This document shows positions 1-10,244 of a stretch of 64,000 nucleotides of DNA, one piece after another (positions within the stretch are counted from its first letter, which is position 1; every line of letters begins with the position of its first letter). Location of the stretch: the IMG/VR virus record IMGVR_UViG_3300025413_000008. One strand, given 5' to 3'. This DNA is from a virus (Duplodnaviria > Heunggongvirae > Uroviricota > Caudoviricetes). Below the pieces are notes generated by a model. That model saw only the letters and a list, made by a program, of their open reading frames with translations, did no database searches and was not told where the DNA came from. The position numbers and the translations under genes were made by a program.

Positions 1-489
1 TGTCGCGTTGAATATCGTGTTCATTTGGTTTAACCAATTAGGGTTCGCCGGATCGTTCCATAAAACTGGAACGTTGCTCAAGTTCATACCGTCAATATCA
101 GTGATATTTTGCGTCGTAGATACACTAACAACCTTCAAATACCCCTGACCGGCTAGATTACGTTTTGGTACATAATTAACTAAGTTGGCCAATTTAATTA
201 CAGAATCTCGACGCTGTGCGGTATCAATAAAATTTTCGCGCGCGTTTAGATCAGACCTAAACGCAAGACCCTGACCCATAAATGCCATGACGTCCAATAA
301 TGCAATGAATTCCGAAGATTCAATATAATCATTGAATGTTTCCGGATAGTATACCTGCAAATAATCTATGAAACTCTTACGTAAGGTTTCATAGTCATAA
401 CTTTTAAAGTCAGCTTGGTTGAATGTCTGATATAATGATTGCCAATCATTCGCTCCAAACAATGCAGATTTTCTTGAACTAGTTGCCAT
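1..489 (-). CDS. Baseplate wedge protein, gp6/baseplate-J-like. This is the N-terminal part only; the gene runs off the window start.
   Basis: Minus-strand ATG at 489 with an AGGAG-like RBS. It lies downstream of a gp25-like gene, matching the gp5-gp25-gp6 order seen in T4-like phages. The call rests on position and the N-terminal sequence only. Confidence 0.4.
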   Translation of the reverse strand, partial: MATSSRKSALFGANDWQSLYQTFNQADFKSYDYETLRKSFIDYLQVYYPETFNDYIESSEFIALLDVMAFMGQGLAFRSDLNARENFIDTAQRRDSVIKLANLVNYVPKRNLAGQGYLKVVSVSTTQNITDIDGMNLSNVPVLWNDPANPNWLNQMNTIFNAT

Positions 490-539
490 TATTAACTCTC
501 TTTATAAATATATTTATCATTGATAAAAAGAGGGTTTTG

Positions 540-989
540 TTATTGTTGATATGCAGAATTGGTATTTTGATTGAAAAAAATTGTCAAGTTCTGGGGATTA
601 TTGAACGGAGTAATGGCTAACATTACTTCTAGTAGGATTCCATTTTCAGATGGGTAAGCCTGTATACTATTAATAATCATTCTTGGGTCTAAGCTCGCGA
701 CCCTTCTGATTTCATTCAATATAGCTTGTTGTGTATTTGAACTATTTGGTTCAAATATGAAATCCCAAATGTTTGTTCCATATGCAGGTTGACCGACTTT
801 TGATCCCTTTCGTATATTAAGTGCATTCAGTAAATCTTGAACTACAAGCTGCTCGTCATACAATACAAATTTCTTTCCTGAAACCAAGGGACGAAGAAAT
901 GAGCCAGTCCCGTTATCTGCCCCATTTGGAACATTAGTGGTTTGTGGTCTGTTTGCATTAATTGAGCTATATCCGATATAAGTTGACAT
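540..989 (-). CDS. Baseplate wedge protein, gp25/GPW family
   Basis: An internal Met (MSTYIGY) is preceded by a GAGGAG RBS. The segment ...IRKGSKVGQPAYGTNIWDFIFEP...RVASLDPRMIINSIQAYP... parallels the T4 gp25 core (TRKGSRPFDPEFGCDLSDQLFE...). 149 aa, close to gp25 size. Confidence 0.6.
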   Translation of the reverse strand: MSTYIGYSSINANRPQTTNVPNGADNGTGSFLRPLVSGKKFVLYDEQLVVQDLLNALNIRKGSKVGQPAYGTNIWDFIFEPNSSNTQQAILNEIRRVASLDPRMIINSIQAYPSENGILLEVMLAITPFNNPQNLTIFFNQNTNSAYQQ

Positions 990-1005
990 GGTATTATTTA
1001 TCTCC

Positions 1006-4000
1006 TCACGAACTAGTAATATCTGGCGGTGATAATATATTTGGTCCCGTAATTCCAGATAGCGAATTATTAATATCAGCCTCATTAGGCGTTACTGATG
1101 ACTGTAATGCTAACAACGAGTCTGAAGTCAATGATTTCGCAGTTTGATTTATAGTAGCTACCGAAATACCCTGAGCATCATATGTAAGTGATTTTAAATC
1201 ACTTACTGTTGAATTAATTGAACTTCCGATGCTACTTGATGTCAAGTCCGGTGCAACAGATTGCGCCGTTGAACCGATGAATAACTTATTAGTATTACTA
1301 ATAACATCCAGCGATTTTGATAAGGAATTATTATATGATTGTCCAGTAACAGAATTTAAAACACTCCCAAGCGTTGATGATATAGATTGTGTTGCGTCAG
1401 ATGCTGTTGTAGTTGCAACACTAGTAGCATCAAGTGCATTATTAGCATTTGTTAGTGCATCAAGTTGATCTAACGATGATTTATACGCAGAGTCATTGAC
1501 TAGTGTTATATATGCTTGATATGCCTGTTCAATAGCAGGATCGCCATCGGGTAGATTTTGCTCAACTTTGTAATATGCATCCAAAGCATCTTGAATTTTA
1601 ACCTGATATTGCGTTACTTGATCTTGAATTTTATAGGCAGAATCTGCCTGATCAACAATTTGCTGATAAGCATCTTCTGCCCCAGATGGAATCTCACCAA
1701 CCAAGCTGGGTGGCGGTATACCATTATCACCAAGAATATTTGTCATTTGTGCAGTTATTGTACTGCGGTCGGTAGTGTTAAATCCTACTGACGGTAGTTT
1801 TATTGATGATGTCCCACCAGCTATACTTGAAATAGCTGATTGTAGTTGTGCTATAGCGCCAACCGACAGTCCTGCGCTTGCAAGTGCTGTCAGTCCATTG
1901 GCCTGTGATTGTAAACTTGAGACTAAAGAAGATATTCCGCTTGACGGCAAATTCATGCCCATTGCGGCAGACTGTGCTTGATTAATCAAGCTGGTTAATT
2001 GTCCTGTTCCCGGTATAGAGTTTATTACTCCCTTTGCACGATTCAGGACTGATGCTACTGTATTGATGCCTCCCGGCAAATTGGATACTCCGGAGGCAGT
2101 GGCAGCGGAAAGTGATGCTGATGATCCTTGTTGTATTATTGACGCCGATGATGATAGAGAATTATAATCGCTTGAATTTGATGATGATGCCCCTGCAAGA
2201 CTACTAATAGTATTAATTGCGGAAGTAACTCCTCCAATTGTCGGATTTAATGGTGACGAAATTGTTGATCGTTTGGTTATGTTGCCAGAAATTGTGTTTG
2301 CAATTGCAGTAATACCCCCAATGGTGGTAGTAATAGAACTTGAACTCAATCCAGTCAATGAAGCAGACGTTGATAAGGCATTATTTACTTGATTAATTGA
2401 TCCTGTCACCCCAGCAATGCTATTATTAATTAATCCGGATACAGCATTCACTGATCCTAGCGCATTCGCTAAGGATGATGGTGAAGGGTTATTAGGAGAT
2501 AGTCCCGTAACATTCCCGGCAATAGAACTTAATGTGGATAATCCTGACTGCGATGGTATACCAGCTAATCCACTCAGTAATGATCCTCCCAGTTGAGTAG
2601 ATTGGCTTGCAACCGTAGCTACTTTAGCTGCATTTGCTTTGGCTATGGCATTTAAATTTTGTGGTATATTTGCTTGTAATGGAGTGAATGAATTTACAAT
2701 GGCTTTAAATGCTGATGCTGATACTCCATCTGCCAAACTTAATAATCCGGACAAGTTAGGAGAATTACCCATCGCAGTTAGTGCGCTCGCTATACCACCT
2801 AACCCACCGATAGCCGTTGATGCAAAAACTGCGGCTGCACCACCAGAACCTATTGCGCTTAATGCACTCTGTACTTGATTCACTGATCCGTAGATTGCTC
2901 CACTAGCACTGTTAACTGCACCAGAAGCCGTACCACTTATTGACCCTGCGGCACCTGATAATGCGTTGGATACCCCTGACAGCGCGCTGGATGCTCCATT
3001 TAATGATGTTAGTGCAGTTCCCGTTTTTCCAGTTACCTGTTGAATTGCTGCCAAGGTGGCATCTATTCCAACGGTAGACCCTGCTTGCACTAAGCCTGCT
3101 ACTTGAGTAGCAGACTCGGTGCCAGATATTACACCGGCCATACCCAGTGCTGTTTGTGCTTGTTGCATGGTAGTGACTACCGCTGAAGCCTGTGCGGTTG
3201 GGTTTGATACCAAGTTTATCAAATTTTCTGCACCGGATGTGCCAGTAAATATTGATGATGGCATTGCCTGTGTAATATTGGCTCCAGAATTTACGAGACT
3301 ATTAATTAACGTATCTGATCCTGGTTTTATTATTCCTGCACTTGCCAATTGGGATGGTGTAAGAGCAAATGAACCTATTGCGGCGACATTTCCGCTATCT
3401 GTGGCAACTACAGCAGAACCAAGTGTTACAGCAGAATTTAATGGGCCGTTTGATGCTGCCGTTGCTACAGCGGCAATCATTGCATTAGTGGTATCAGAAT
3501 CAATTGCACCTGAGATTGCATTTACTGATGGCGCAGAAGATATTGTTGCTATATTTGGTGGTTTTGCTGCCGGAGGATCGCCTGCTAATGCTGGGGTATT
3601 ACTGGTGAGTCCGGGAGTTCCTCCTTGTCCACCGCCTGATAGTGCTGCTTGATTGGTTTGTTGAACAGATGGATTCGGTGATGATGGGAGATTTGATCCT
3701 GCATCCATACTATTCTTTATATCAACTCCTTGACCGGCATTTGCCCATGGGGCATGGGATGGTGCTCGCGAAGCAATAGTTAATAGCTTACCGGGGGCGG
3801 CGGCGAAACCTTTATCTGGATCATGTAATGTATCAGTCTGAGCAATTAGCGGAATAATTGGAACTTCTTCTGGATTTGTACTTGGTGAACCGCTGTTTAA
3901 ATTAACCTTTGACCCATTAATATATGTATCACCAGCGCCGACTAGCGAGGCTTCTGCGCCAGAACTAAATGCAATTGCATCCTTTATTTTAGCTGTAAAC

Positions 4001-5130
4001 TTTTGCAAAGAAGTTATCAGAAAGTCTTGACCTGAACGAAATTTAGTTTTTTCTTCAGAGTTGAATTGTATATTTTTAGCTTGTACTCTAAAATTTTCCA
4101 TTGCCTGAATATTAACATCGCGGTCGGCGTGAAGGTTGATATCACCCTGTGTTCTCATATTAACAGAGTTTGTGGTAAATATATCTACTGTTCCTTCTTT
4201 ACCCAATTCAATATATGATTGTCCATTTGAATGTAATAACATTAATGTTTGACCATCATCACTCATCATCAATTGATGACCCAAAGATGTCCGTATATGT
4301 ATACCTTGGTCTTTTCCAACAACGTCACCATCGTCCATTGTAATGCTATGTCCCGTTCTCCGAGACACTACTTGTAGTTGCTGTGGGTTTGCAGTTGCTA
4401 AATTTTGTGGTAGAGTAGCGTCATCATACCCTCCACTATAAATTGGTCTACCGGGCGAATTAACACCCCACCCAACACGACTGGGAGACTCGCGAGAAGC
4501 ACTTGATGATTTTGGTCCGCGCACTGTGTCTCTTACTGTTCCCTGTTGCGTATGGATCGCTGCTGAATAGCTATGAACTGGTCTGGGTGTGGAATTAAAT
4601 TCTGCACTATCAGTTGTTGCAGCGTCATTGGTATTCATATTAGTCACGGGTAGACGAGTAGAACCGCCTAAACTGTTTGCTTCACCATTATTGGCAACAA
4701 TATTATCTGATGTACCAATTGATGGGATGGAGTGCATCGCCTCTGCGTCATGAGCAACTCCAATGTAATATCCATAATTTACGTCGCCATTAATAAAAAT
4801 TACGACGACTTTACTGCCGATTTCAGGAGGAGAATTTGTTTGACCAAATGAACTAGGGTTATTTTTATATGAACCCGTCCCCGTATTACCCCCGGATGCT
4901 CCTGTAGTTCCGCCAAATGGACTCAGGTAACTTACTGTTAGCCAATTTGATGAATCATCCGAGTCTTCTGGCGTTTTGTCACCGAGAAGAACTCTGATTC
5001 TTCCTGAATTATTTGGATCAATATTATCCTTAACCGTTGCAAGGATAGGATACATTTTGGTGTCACCACCACCCACACTTGGATTAGCTGATTTTAGTTT
5101 ACCTTTTAATTTTGAAATATTTTGTGCCAT
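1006..5130 (-). CDS. Giant baseplate hub/spike protein, gp5-like. It has an N-terminal OB fold, VgrG-like beta-repeats and a long Ala/Gly/Ser/Thr low-complexity region.
   Basis: N-terminal YPILATVKDNIDPNNSGRIRVLL resembles the gp5 OB domain (VVEDVMDPSLIGRVRVRV). The segment HIRTSLGHQLMMSDDGQTLMLLHSNGQSYIELGKEGTVDIFTTNSV is VgrG/gp5 beta-helix-like. About 700 aa are low complexity. The gene sits directly upstream of gp25. Confidence 0.5.
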   Translation of the reverse strand: MAQNISKLKGKLKSANPSVGGGDTKMYPILATVKDNIDPNNSGRIRVLLGDKTPEDSDDSSNWLTVSYLSPFGGTTGASGGNTGTGSYKNNPSSFGQTNSPPEIGSKVVVIFINGDVNYGYYIGVAHDAEAMHSIPSIGTSDNIVANNGEANSLGGSTRLPVTNMNTNDAATTDSAEFNSTPRPVHSYSAAIHTQQGTVRDTVRGPKSSSASRESPSRVGWGVNSPGRPIYSGGYDDATLPQNLATANPQQLQVVSRRTGHSITMDDGDVVGKDQGIHIRTSLGHQLMMSDDGQTLMLLHSNGQSYIELGKEGTVDIFTTNSVNMRTQGDINLHADRDVNIQAMENFRVQAKNIQFNSEEKTKFRSGQDFLITSLQKFTAKIKDAIAFSSGAEASLVGAGDTYINGSKVNLNSGSPSTNPEEVPIIPLIAQTDTLHDPDKGFAAAPGKLLTIASRAPSHAPWANAGQGVDIKNSMDAGSNLPSSPNPSVQQTNQAALSGGGQGGTPGLTSNTPALAGDPPAAKPPNIATISSAPSVNAISGAIDSDTTNAMIAAVATAASNGPLNSAVTLGSAVVATDSGNVAAIGSFALTPSQLASAGIIKPGSDTLINSLVNSGANITQAMPSSIFTGTSGAENLINLVSNPTAQASAVVTTMQQAQTALGMAGVISGTESATQVAGLVQAGSTVGIDATLAAIQQVTGKTGTALTSLNGASSALSGVSNALSGAAGSISGTASGAVNSASGAIYGSVNQVQSALSAIGSGGAAAVFASTAIGGLGGIASALTAMGNSPNLSGLLSLADGVSASAFKAIVNSFTPLQANIPQNLNAIAKANAAKVATVASQSTQLGGSLLSGLAGIPSQSGLSTLSSIAGNVTGLSPNNPSPSSLANALGSVNAVSGLINNSIAGVTGSINQVNNALSTSASLTGLSSSSITTTIGGITAIANTISGNITKRSTISSPLNPTIGGVTSAINTISSLAGASSSNSSDYNSLSSSASIIQQGSSASLSAATASGVSNLPGGINTVASVLNRAKGVINSIPGTGQLTSLINQAQSAAMGMNLPSSGISSLVSSLQSQANGLTALASAGLSVGAIAQLQSAISSIAGGTSSIKLPSVGFNTTDRSTITAQMTNILGDNGIPPPSLVGEIPSGAEDAYQQIVDQADSAYKIQDQVTQYQVKIQDALDAYYKVEQNLPDGDPAIEQAYQAYITLVNDSAYKSSLDQLDALTNANNALDATSVATTTASDATQSISSTLGSVLNSVTGQSYNNSLSKSLDVISNTNKLFIGSTAQSVAPDLTSSSIGSSINSTVSDLKSLTYDAQGISVATINQTAKSLTSDSLLALQSSVTPNEADINNSLSGITGPNILSPPDITSS

Positions 5131-5135
5131 ATTTT

Positions 5136-7865
5136 TTATCCATATGCTCCAGCACCACCGAATCCACCAGTAAGTATGTCAGAATTAGAAGGTATGTTTT
5201 GTGGAGGGTCTTTTACGGTTCCAGTAGTCTTAGTTGTAGATTTTGTTTTTTTAGGTGCTTTACCCGTTTTGTTAGCTCCAATTAACTCCGCCAAATTAGT
5301 GGCACCGTTCATTTGAATTTCTTGTTCAAATACACCATTATTAAACATGCTAGTAACAGATGTTACATAGTATGGCATGCCTTGTATTAAGGGATTTCCA
5401 TAAACATCGGTAGCTTGTGCAAGTTCTTTGGGAATAGGAAAGAAATATATACTATCATTTAAACTCATTGTGCCAGACGTATTATCATAATCAATAGCTT
5501 CTACTATATCCACTTCAATTATTACCTGAGATGCTTGTGAATTAATTTGATGTTTTTTTGATTGATAATACTTTGAATATACAGCATCTGGGGAGTTCGC
5601 ATTCGGATTTATCAAGAAATCAGGATCACCAAAAATTTTTAGATGTGCTTTAGTATATGCACCAGAATTATTTAAAGACGTAATATAATCATTTTGCGAT
5701 TCTAGCGCCGGTCCTTTCCCGCCTGTTCTAGATTCGCTGGTTTGTTTTCCCGGCACCCGAGGAGTATCGGTAGGATCACTAATATCCGGTGAACTAGTAC
5801 CATCACTATTTTGTTTTGTTTTATCCGTCTCATCTGGAATTTGAGTAACAGTCTGAATATAATCATTATCAAATGCCAATGAAAATTCTTTTACTTCTGT
5901 GTTTTTACCAGTATACCAGTATTTATATCGTTTATATGGACCTGGATAAGTTGTTCCAGTTTTCTTATTTGCATATATACTATCATTTACTGGAGTATCA
6001 TACTCCGTAATTACATAGCATATATCATACGCCCATGATTTCGTTTTATTATCCCATTGAGGATTTGTTACTTGAGGAGTAACATTAAACCAACTTATTT
6101 GTGGATTGTTCCCTCCGGGCTGCTGATTTAAATCGCCTTTGTCAGGATTAGCTTGGATATCACTATCATAAATAACCTTTAGTGCATCTCTTAAATAACT
6201 GCTTTGTTGAATAATATTGTTGATTCCTTGCAACAATGCCATCCCATGTCCAATATGAATTGTTCTGGATTTGTTGTTTGGTTTAGCTTTAGCTGCAGTT
6301 TTAGGATTAGATGCTTTTGTACTAGTTGCACCACTACCGGCCCATTTTGATTTATCCAAGTCAGCAGGAGAAACAATAGTTGCATTCTGAATTCTTTCTG
6401 TTCCCGGTTCCCATCTGATGGAATAATTGTTTCCAATCGTTCTGCTGTTATTTTTTACTTGTTTTTTATGTGCTTTTGTTTGATTGGCCATCAATTGGTT
6501 TATCGCATCGGAGACCGTGTTTGCTGTTATTGACTGAGTATCGAGTGTAGTGCCATTGGCAGTACCTAATCCCACACTGTGTCCAGTTGGCGTGGCTGCG
6601 AAATGATATCGTGCAGGGCTACCATCCAAGGTGAATTTCATACGATTAATAGTTAAATCAATATAATATTGAAAAGTATCCACTGGATCGGCATTTACTC
6701 CACTTGGGTCAAGTATACCACCATCAAAAGGGGAATTACTTAGCATTATGTTCCCATTAGCATCATATCCTATGAATTCAATTCCCAACACATAGTGAAA
6801 TCTTAATGCATTGTTAGGTAATGATATGCCAGATTTTGAGTTCTTCTTAGCCTGTTTGCCTAGTGTTTCGCAAGTCTTTCTTAACTTAGTACCAAAAGAA
6901 AATCCATATGGTTCAACAATGTCAAAAGTTATTGTGTGTTCCTGTGCTGATGCTCCAGTACCTTTTGAGCTAATAATACTCTCTATCTTTAAATTATCAA
7001 TATAATAATCAAGATCAAAATATGGAGCGCGAGTAGCGTTTTGATTATTAACTCCTCCAGACTGAGCTAATAAAAATGCCCCCTGATTGTCCTTGAGATT
7101 TGGGTTATCCGGATTTGAACTATTATTTACTGCATCTCTTAGTGCATTTACATTCTTATTCCCACTCTTTACGAATGCGGTATATGCATCCGGACTTAAT
7201 ATATATAAACTTAGTATGTAGTTATAACTTGAAAATTGTCCTAATGGATTTTGCAATCTTTTACCCGGTAAAGTATTATCGCTTCCATTATTGTTTACTG
7301 TCGTGACATTTTCAGCATTGCTATAGTTGAATTCTGGTAGTAATTCTTCATCTCTTGGCAATGCTGGAACATCCGTTGGAGGTATAATTGGTCCATTTGC
7401 GTCTGGAATAGTACCGGCAGGATTTGATGAAATGTCACCACTGTCATCATTTACTGAACCGGTCGCGGATGGAGGAGGAGGCGCGAGTGGTGTTTCCATT
7501 GGGGGCACTAAAGGTGCGGGTTTTAGAGTTTGTGTTTGGTCAATCAATGCTCGTAAATCACTGTTACCATTACTGGTTAGATAATTACTAGCATCAGTTG
7601 CGGCGGCCAAAATTTGCTGTGCTGATTGTATTTGTTCTGGAGTAGATGCTGGATTGTTAATGACTCTTTGCGCGTCTCTAATTTTTCTGTTTAACTGATC
7701 CTGTGCTTCGCTTAACGCAGCACCAGTATTGTATCCAGATGGTTCAAAAACAGAAGCAAACGTTTGTCCAGTGGAACTATCAGCCACTGTTATCGTAATT
7801 GATCCGGAAGAATCTACTGAATATCTGATATAAGTATTGCCTACTGTTACAGTATTACTTGCCAT
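5136..7865 (-). CDS. Large baseplate/tail structural protein (909 aa); family not recognised
   Basis: Long ORF with a tight 1-nt junction to the gp53-like gene, embedded in the baseplate module. Asn/Ser/Thr-rich. Confidence 0.4.
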   Translation of the reverse strand: MASNTVTVGNTYIRYSVDSSGSITITVADSSTGQTFASVFEPSGYNTGAALSEAQDQLNRKIRDAQRVINNPASTPEQIQSAQQILAAATDASNYLTSNGNSDLRALIDQTQTLKPAPLVPPMETPLAPPPPSATGSVNDDSGDISSNPAGTIPDANGPIIPPTDVPALPRDEELLPEFNYSNAENVTTVNNNGSDNTLPGKRLQNPLGQFSSYNYILSLYILSPDAYTAFVKSGNKNVNALRDAVNNSSNPDNPNLKDNQGAFLLAQSGGVNNQNATRAPYFDLDYYIDNLKIESIISSKGTGASAQEHTITFDIVEPYGFSFGTKLRKTCETLGKQAKKNSKSGISLPNNALRFHYVLGIEFIGYDANGNIMLSNSPFDGGILDPSGVNADPVDTFQYYIDLTINRMKFTLDGSPARYHFAATPTGHSVGLGTANGTTLDTQSITANTVSDAINQLMANQTKAHKKQVKNNSRTIGNNYSIRWEPGTERIQNATIVSPADLDKSKWAGSGATSTKASNPKTAAKAKPNNKSRTIHIGHGMALLQGINNIIQQSSYLRDALKVIYDSDIQANPDKGDLNQQPGGNNPQISWFNVTPQVTNPQWDNKTKSWAYDICYVITEYDTPVNDSIYANKKTGTTYPGPYKRYKYWYTGKNTEVKEFSLAFDNDYIQTVTQIPDETDKTKQNSDGTSSPDISDPTDTPRVPGKQTSESRTGGKGPALESQNDYITSLNNSGAYTKAHLKIFGDPDFLINPNANSPDAVYSKYYQSKKHQINSQASQVIIEVDIVEAIDYDNTSGTMSLNDSIYFFPIPKELAQATDVYGNPLIQGMPYYVTSVTSMFNNGVFEQEIQMNGATNLAELIGANKTGKAPKKTKSTTKTTGTVKDPPQNIPSNSDILTGGFGGAGAYG

Positions 7866-7866
7866 T

Positions 7867-8202
7867 TTATACTCCCAAAACTTCTCTCAATGTAGCCAGA
7901 GTAGGTATATATATCCCCGTGCCTGCTGTAAATTTAAAGTATGGATCGGGTCCTAAGGTATTAGGATTTCTCCCAGCAAACACCCACCAAAGTTTTGAAT
8001 CGTTATACAAATCATATGCTAATAAATCAGGTCTATATTCATATGTTTGAGTTATAATCATATATACGTCCGTAGGATTCAGTGGAATAGTCCTATATAC
8101 CAGTAAATCCAAATATTTATTATTAATTATATCTGTATTATAGTAAGGGCTTGAAGCAGGGTATATTACCTGATTAGATGATTTTGTAGAACTCATTACC
8201 AA
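7867..8202 (-). CDS. Baseplate wedge protein, gp53-like
   Basis: YRPDLLAYDLYNDSKLWWVFAGRNPNTLGPDPYF parallels T4 gp53 (AIYGNPQLYWVLLMCNDNYDPYYGW). Confidence 0.45.
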   Translation of the reverse strand: MVMSSTKSSNQVIYPASSPYYNTDIINNKYLDLLVYRTIPLNPTDVYMIITQTYEYRPDLLAYDLYNDSKLWWVFAGRNPNTLGPDPYFKFTAGTGIYIPTLATLREVLGV

Positions 8203-10172
8203 ATTCCCGTATTGATACTATTTTGCTCATTAATGGATGGAAACAATCTTCCACTTGAATAATCCCTGAGACTAAATTTGTTTGAAATATCATTTCTACT
8301 GACCATGGGAACAGCGATGATTTGCATTTGTATTTTTGTCGGTACCCAAGTGGTAGGAACATTTGCCGTTTTTGGTGTAGCAGGAAATACTGGAGGTGCA
8401 CCAATACCCCCTTTACTGACATTTGCAGGAAGGCGACTTGCACTCTGACTTCCACCCCCGGTTGTTCTTTTATTATTTACGATAGATTCAGGAATTCCTG
8501 CGGCAGAAGGCGCAGTTGTCATGATGTAATCCACATCTGGTGGCAAAACGTACCCAAATGACTGTATTGCTAATGGATGATTATCAAACTGCCAGCCACC
8601 GAAACCGTGTAGATAGCACAATGGGGGAGGAGTTCCATTTTTCGGATTATCATCCTGTCCATAAAACATTTTAGTAACTGATTTAAAAAAATGAATAACC
8701 GCCAACAAATAATTGGCTTCAAATGTGTCTTGTGCAGTAAACTCTGCAGTTATATTTATAGAATCAACGTAGCTACTTTTGTATTGATATATTCTATAGT
8801 TACTGTGTGTCAGTGTTTGTGGTTGATAGTCTGCTGCATAATTTACACTAATACCTGGTGTATACGGAAATATAACTCCGTTTGTTTGTACTAAGGGTTC
8901 TAATATACCCGGTTCAGAAGCCATATACAAGTAGTCAGCATCTGATGCTAAAGTAAGACGTACTCGCCAATCTACTGCTGATGTATAATTGCTTTGGACT
9001 TGTGCCGTTGCTTGTCCCTGTGTGGTGGCCTTAAGTCCCGTAGGCGCAGTTACTGTCAAGGAACCATCTGGGTTTGTTGTCGCTGCATTTCCTGGCCCGG
9101 TATACGTATATCCTAATTGATCTGCACGTGCTCGCTGATCTCCCGGACTCAAAGATGCTACTTGTTCCGGTGTTAAATTTGGATCATATATATCTGAAAT
9201 ATCATTACCTAGCGGTAAAGGTATATTTTGTGGTTCCTGAATAGGTGGAGGCGGTGGATCACTCAATGCAGCATCATTGATTTGTCCTATTGGTGTTGAT
9301 TCAGCTATGGTTACTACGGGTTCTGGTGTTTTTGTTAAATCATTATTAATATTGAGTGCAGCATCATTGATTTGTCCTATTGGTGTTGATTCAGCTATGG
9401 TTACTACGGGTTCTGGTGTTTTTGTTAAATCATTATTAATATTGAGTGCAGCATCATTGATTTGTCCTATTGGTGTTTGAATGATGGAATTATCCGGATT
9501 AGGTGCTCCGCCTTCATCAGGATTCCATGGCACCGGTTCAGAAATTATTGCTGGGCCTGGTAACATGGACGAATCGGTTAATGTTAATACCTTGACTATA
9601 GAAGTTTGATTAGCTATTTCATCTTGTGCGATTGTTTGTTGCGCTTCAACATTACTGTTTCCGACTCTGCTTGTGTTGTAAGCATCTAATTCTTTGGGAT
9701 CGATCGGTGGCGCGCCGTAATAGATTTGACCTGTATCAGGATTTACTTTCTGATAATTGGCAAGTCCGTCTATCTGATCTGGTGGGATGTTAGTTGTTTG
9801 CGCCTCAATTAATTGTGGTGGATTACCAGATGAAGACAGTGAATTTGGATCAGTACCGGACGTTGCTTGTGTTATTATGGATTTATTTACAGATTGAGCA
9901 GCTATACCTAAATTTGAAATAACAGATAAGGCTTGCTCTTTTGGGAGATTTATAATGGATTGTCCGATTTGTATTGTTGATGTGGCACTGCTTATACCAG
10001 TGGTACTGTCCGGGGGATTGGTAACAGTTATATTTGATATATCATTTTCAGAAAGACCAGATATGGTTTGTCCATTAATTGTTACTGCATATGTAGTTGG
10101 TGCAGAATCAGGGTCTGGAGTTGTGCCAGTTATAGTCGCTGTTGGGGTTATATATCTGGTTGCAGTTGGCAT
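8196..10172 (-). CDS. Baseplate/tail structural protein (658 aa) with an internal 30-aa tandem repeat
   Basis: Long ORF whose start lies about 35 nt downstream of a minus-strand ATAAATAC motif. Contains a 2.4x tandem repeat TPIGQINDAALNINNDLTKTPEPVVTIAES. Confidence 0.4.
   Translation of the reverse strand: MPTATRYITPTATITGTTPDPDSAPTTYAVTINGQTISGLSENDISNITVTNPPDSTTGISSATSTIQIGQSIINLPKEQALSVISNLGIAAQSVNKSIITQATSGTDPNSLSSSGNPPQLIEAQTTNIPPDQIDGLANYQKVNPDTGQIYYGAPPIDPKELDAYNTSRVGNSNVEAQQTIAQDEIANQTSIVKVLTLTDSSMLPGPAIISEPVPWNPDEGGAPNPDNSIIQTPIGQINDAALNINNDLTKTPEPVVTIAESTPIGQINDAALNINNDLTKTPEPVVTIAESTPIGQINDAALSDPPPPPIQEPQNIPLPLGNDISDIYDPNLTPEQVASLSPGDQRARADQLGYTYTGPGNAATTNPDGSLTVTAPTGLKATTQGQATAQVQSNYTSAVDWRVRLTLASDADYLYMASEPGILEPLVQTNGVIFPYTPGISVNYAADYQPQTLTHSNYRIYQYKSSYVDSINITAEFTAQDTFEANYLLAVIHFFKSVTKMFYGQDDNPKNGTPPPLCYLHGFGGWQFDNHPLAIQSFGYVLPPDVDYIMTTAPSAAGIPESIVNNKRTTGGGSQSASRLPANVSKGGIGAPPVFPATPKTANVPTTWVPTKIQMQIIAVPMVSRNDISNKFSLRDYSSGRLFPSINEQNSINTGIW
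9265..9480. repeat. 90-bp tandem direct repeat, about 2.4 copies, in-frame within the 8196..10172 gene
   Basis: The string gcatcattga recurs at 9271, 9361 and 9451. The flanking 90-nt units are essentially identical. Confidence 0.85.
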
Positions 10173-10244
10173 AATTTTCCTTTGATAAATACTTTCCTAA
10201 TTGTATTTATCGCACAAAAATACCCGATTTTTTACCCATAACTG

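Noticed and set aside
490-540. Inverted repeat ctcttt...aaagag, possibly a terminator between gp25 and gp6
   Set aside because: Short 6-bp stem with a 23-nt AT-rich loop. More likely it is coincidental or a late-promoter region (GATAAATAT on the minus strand) than a terminator.
8174-8455. 93-aa minus ORF overlapping the gp53-like and 658-aa gene junction
   Set aside because: It is out of frame with two better-supported long genes and has no distinctive motifs.
9265-9480. Tandem repeats as a possible CRISPR array
   Set aside because: Repeats are contiguous 90-bp units without unique spacers and lie in-frame inside a structural gene.
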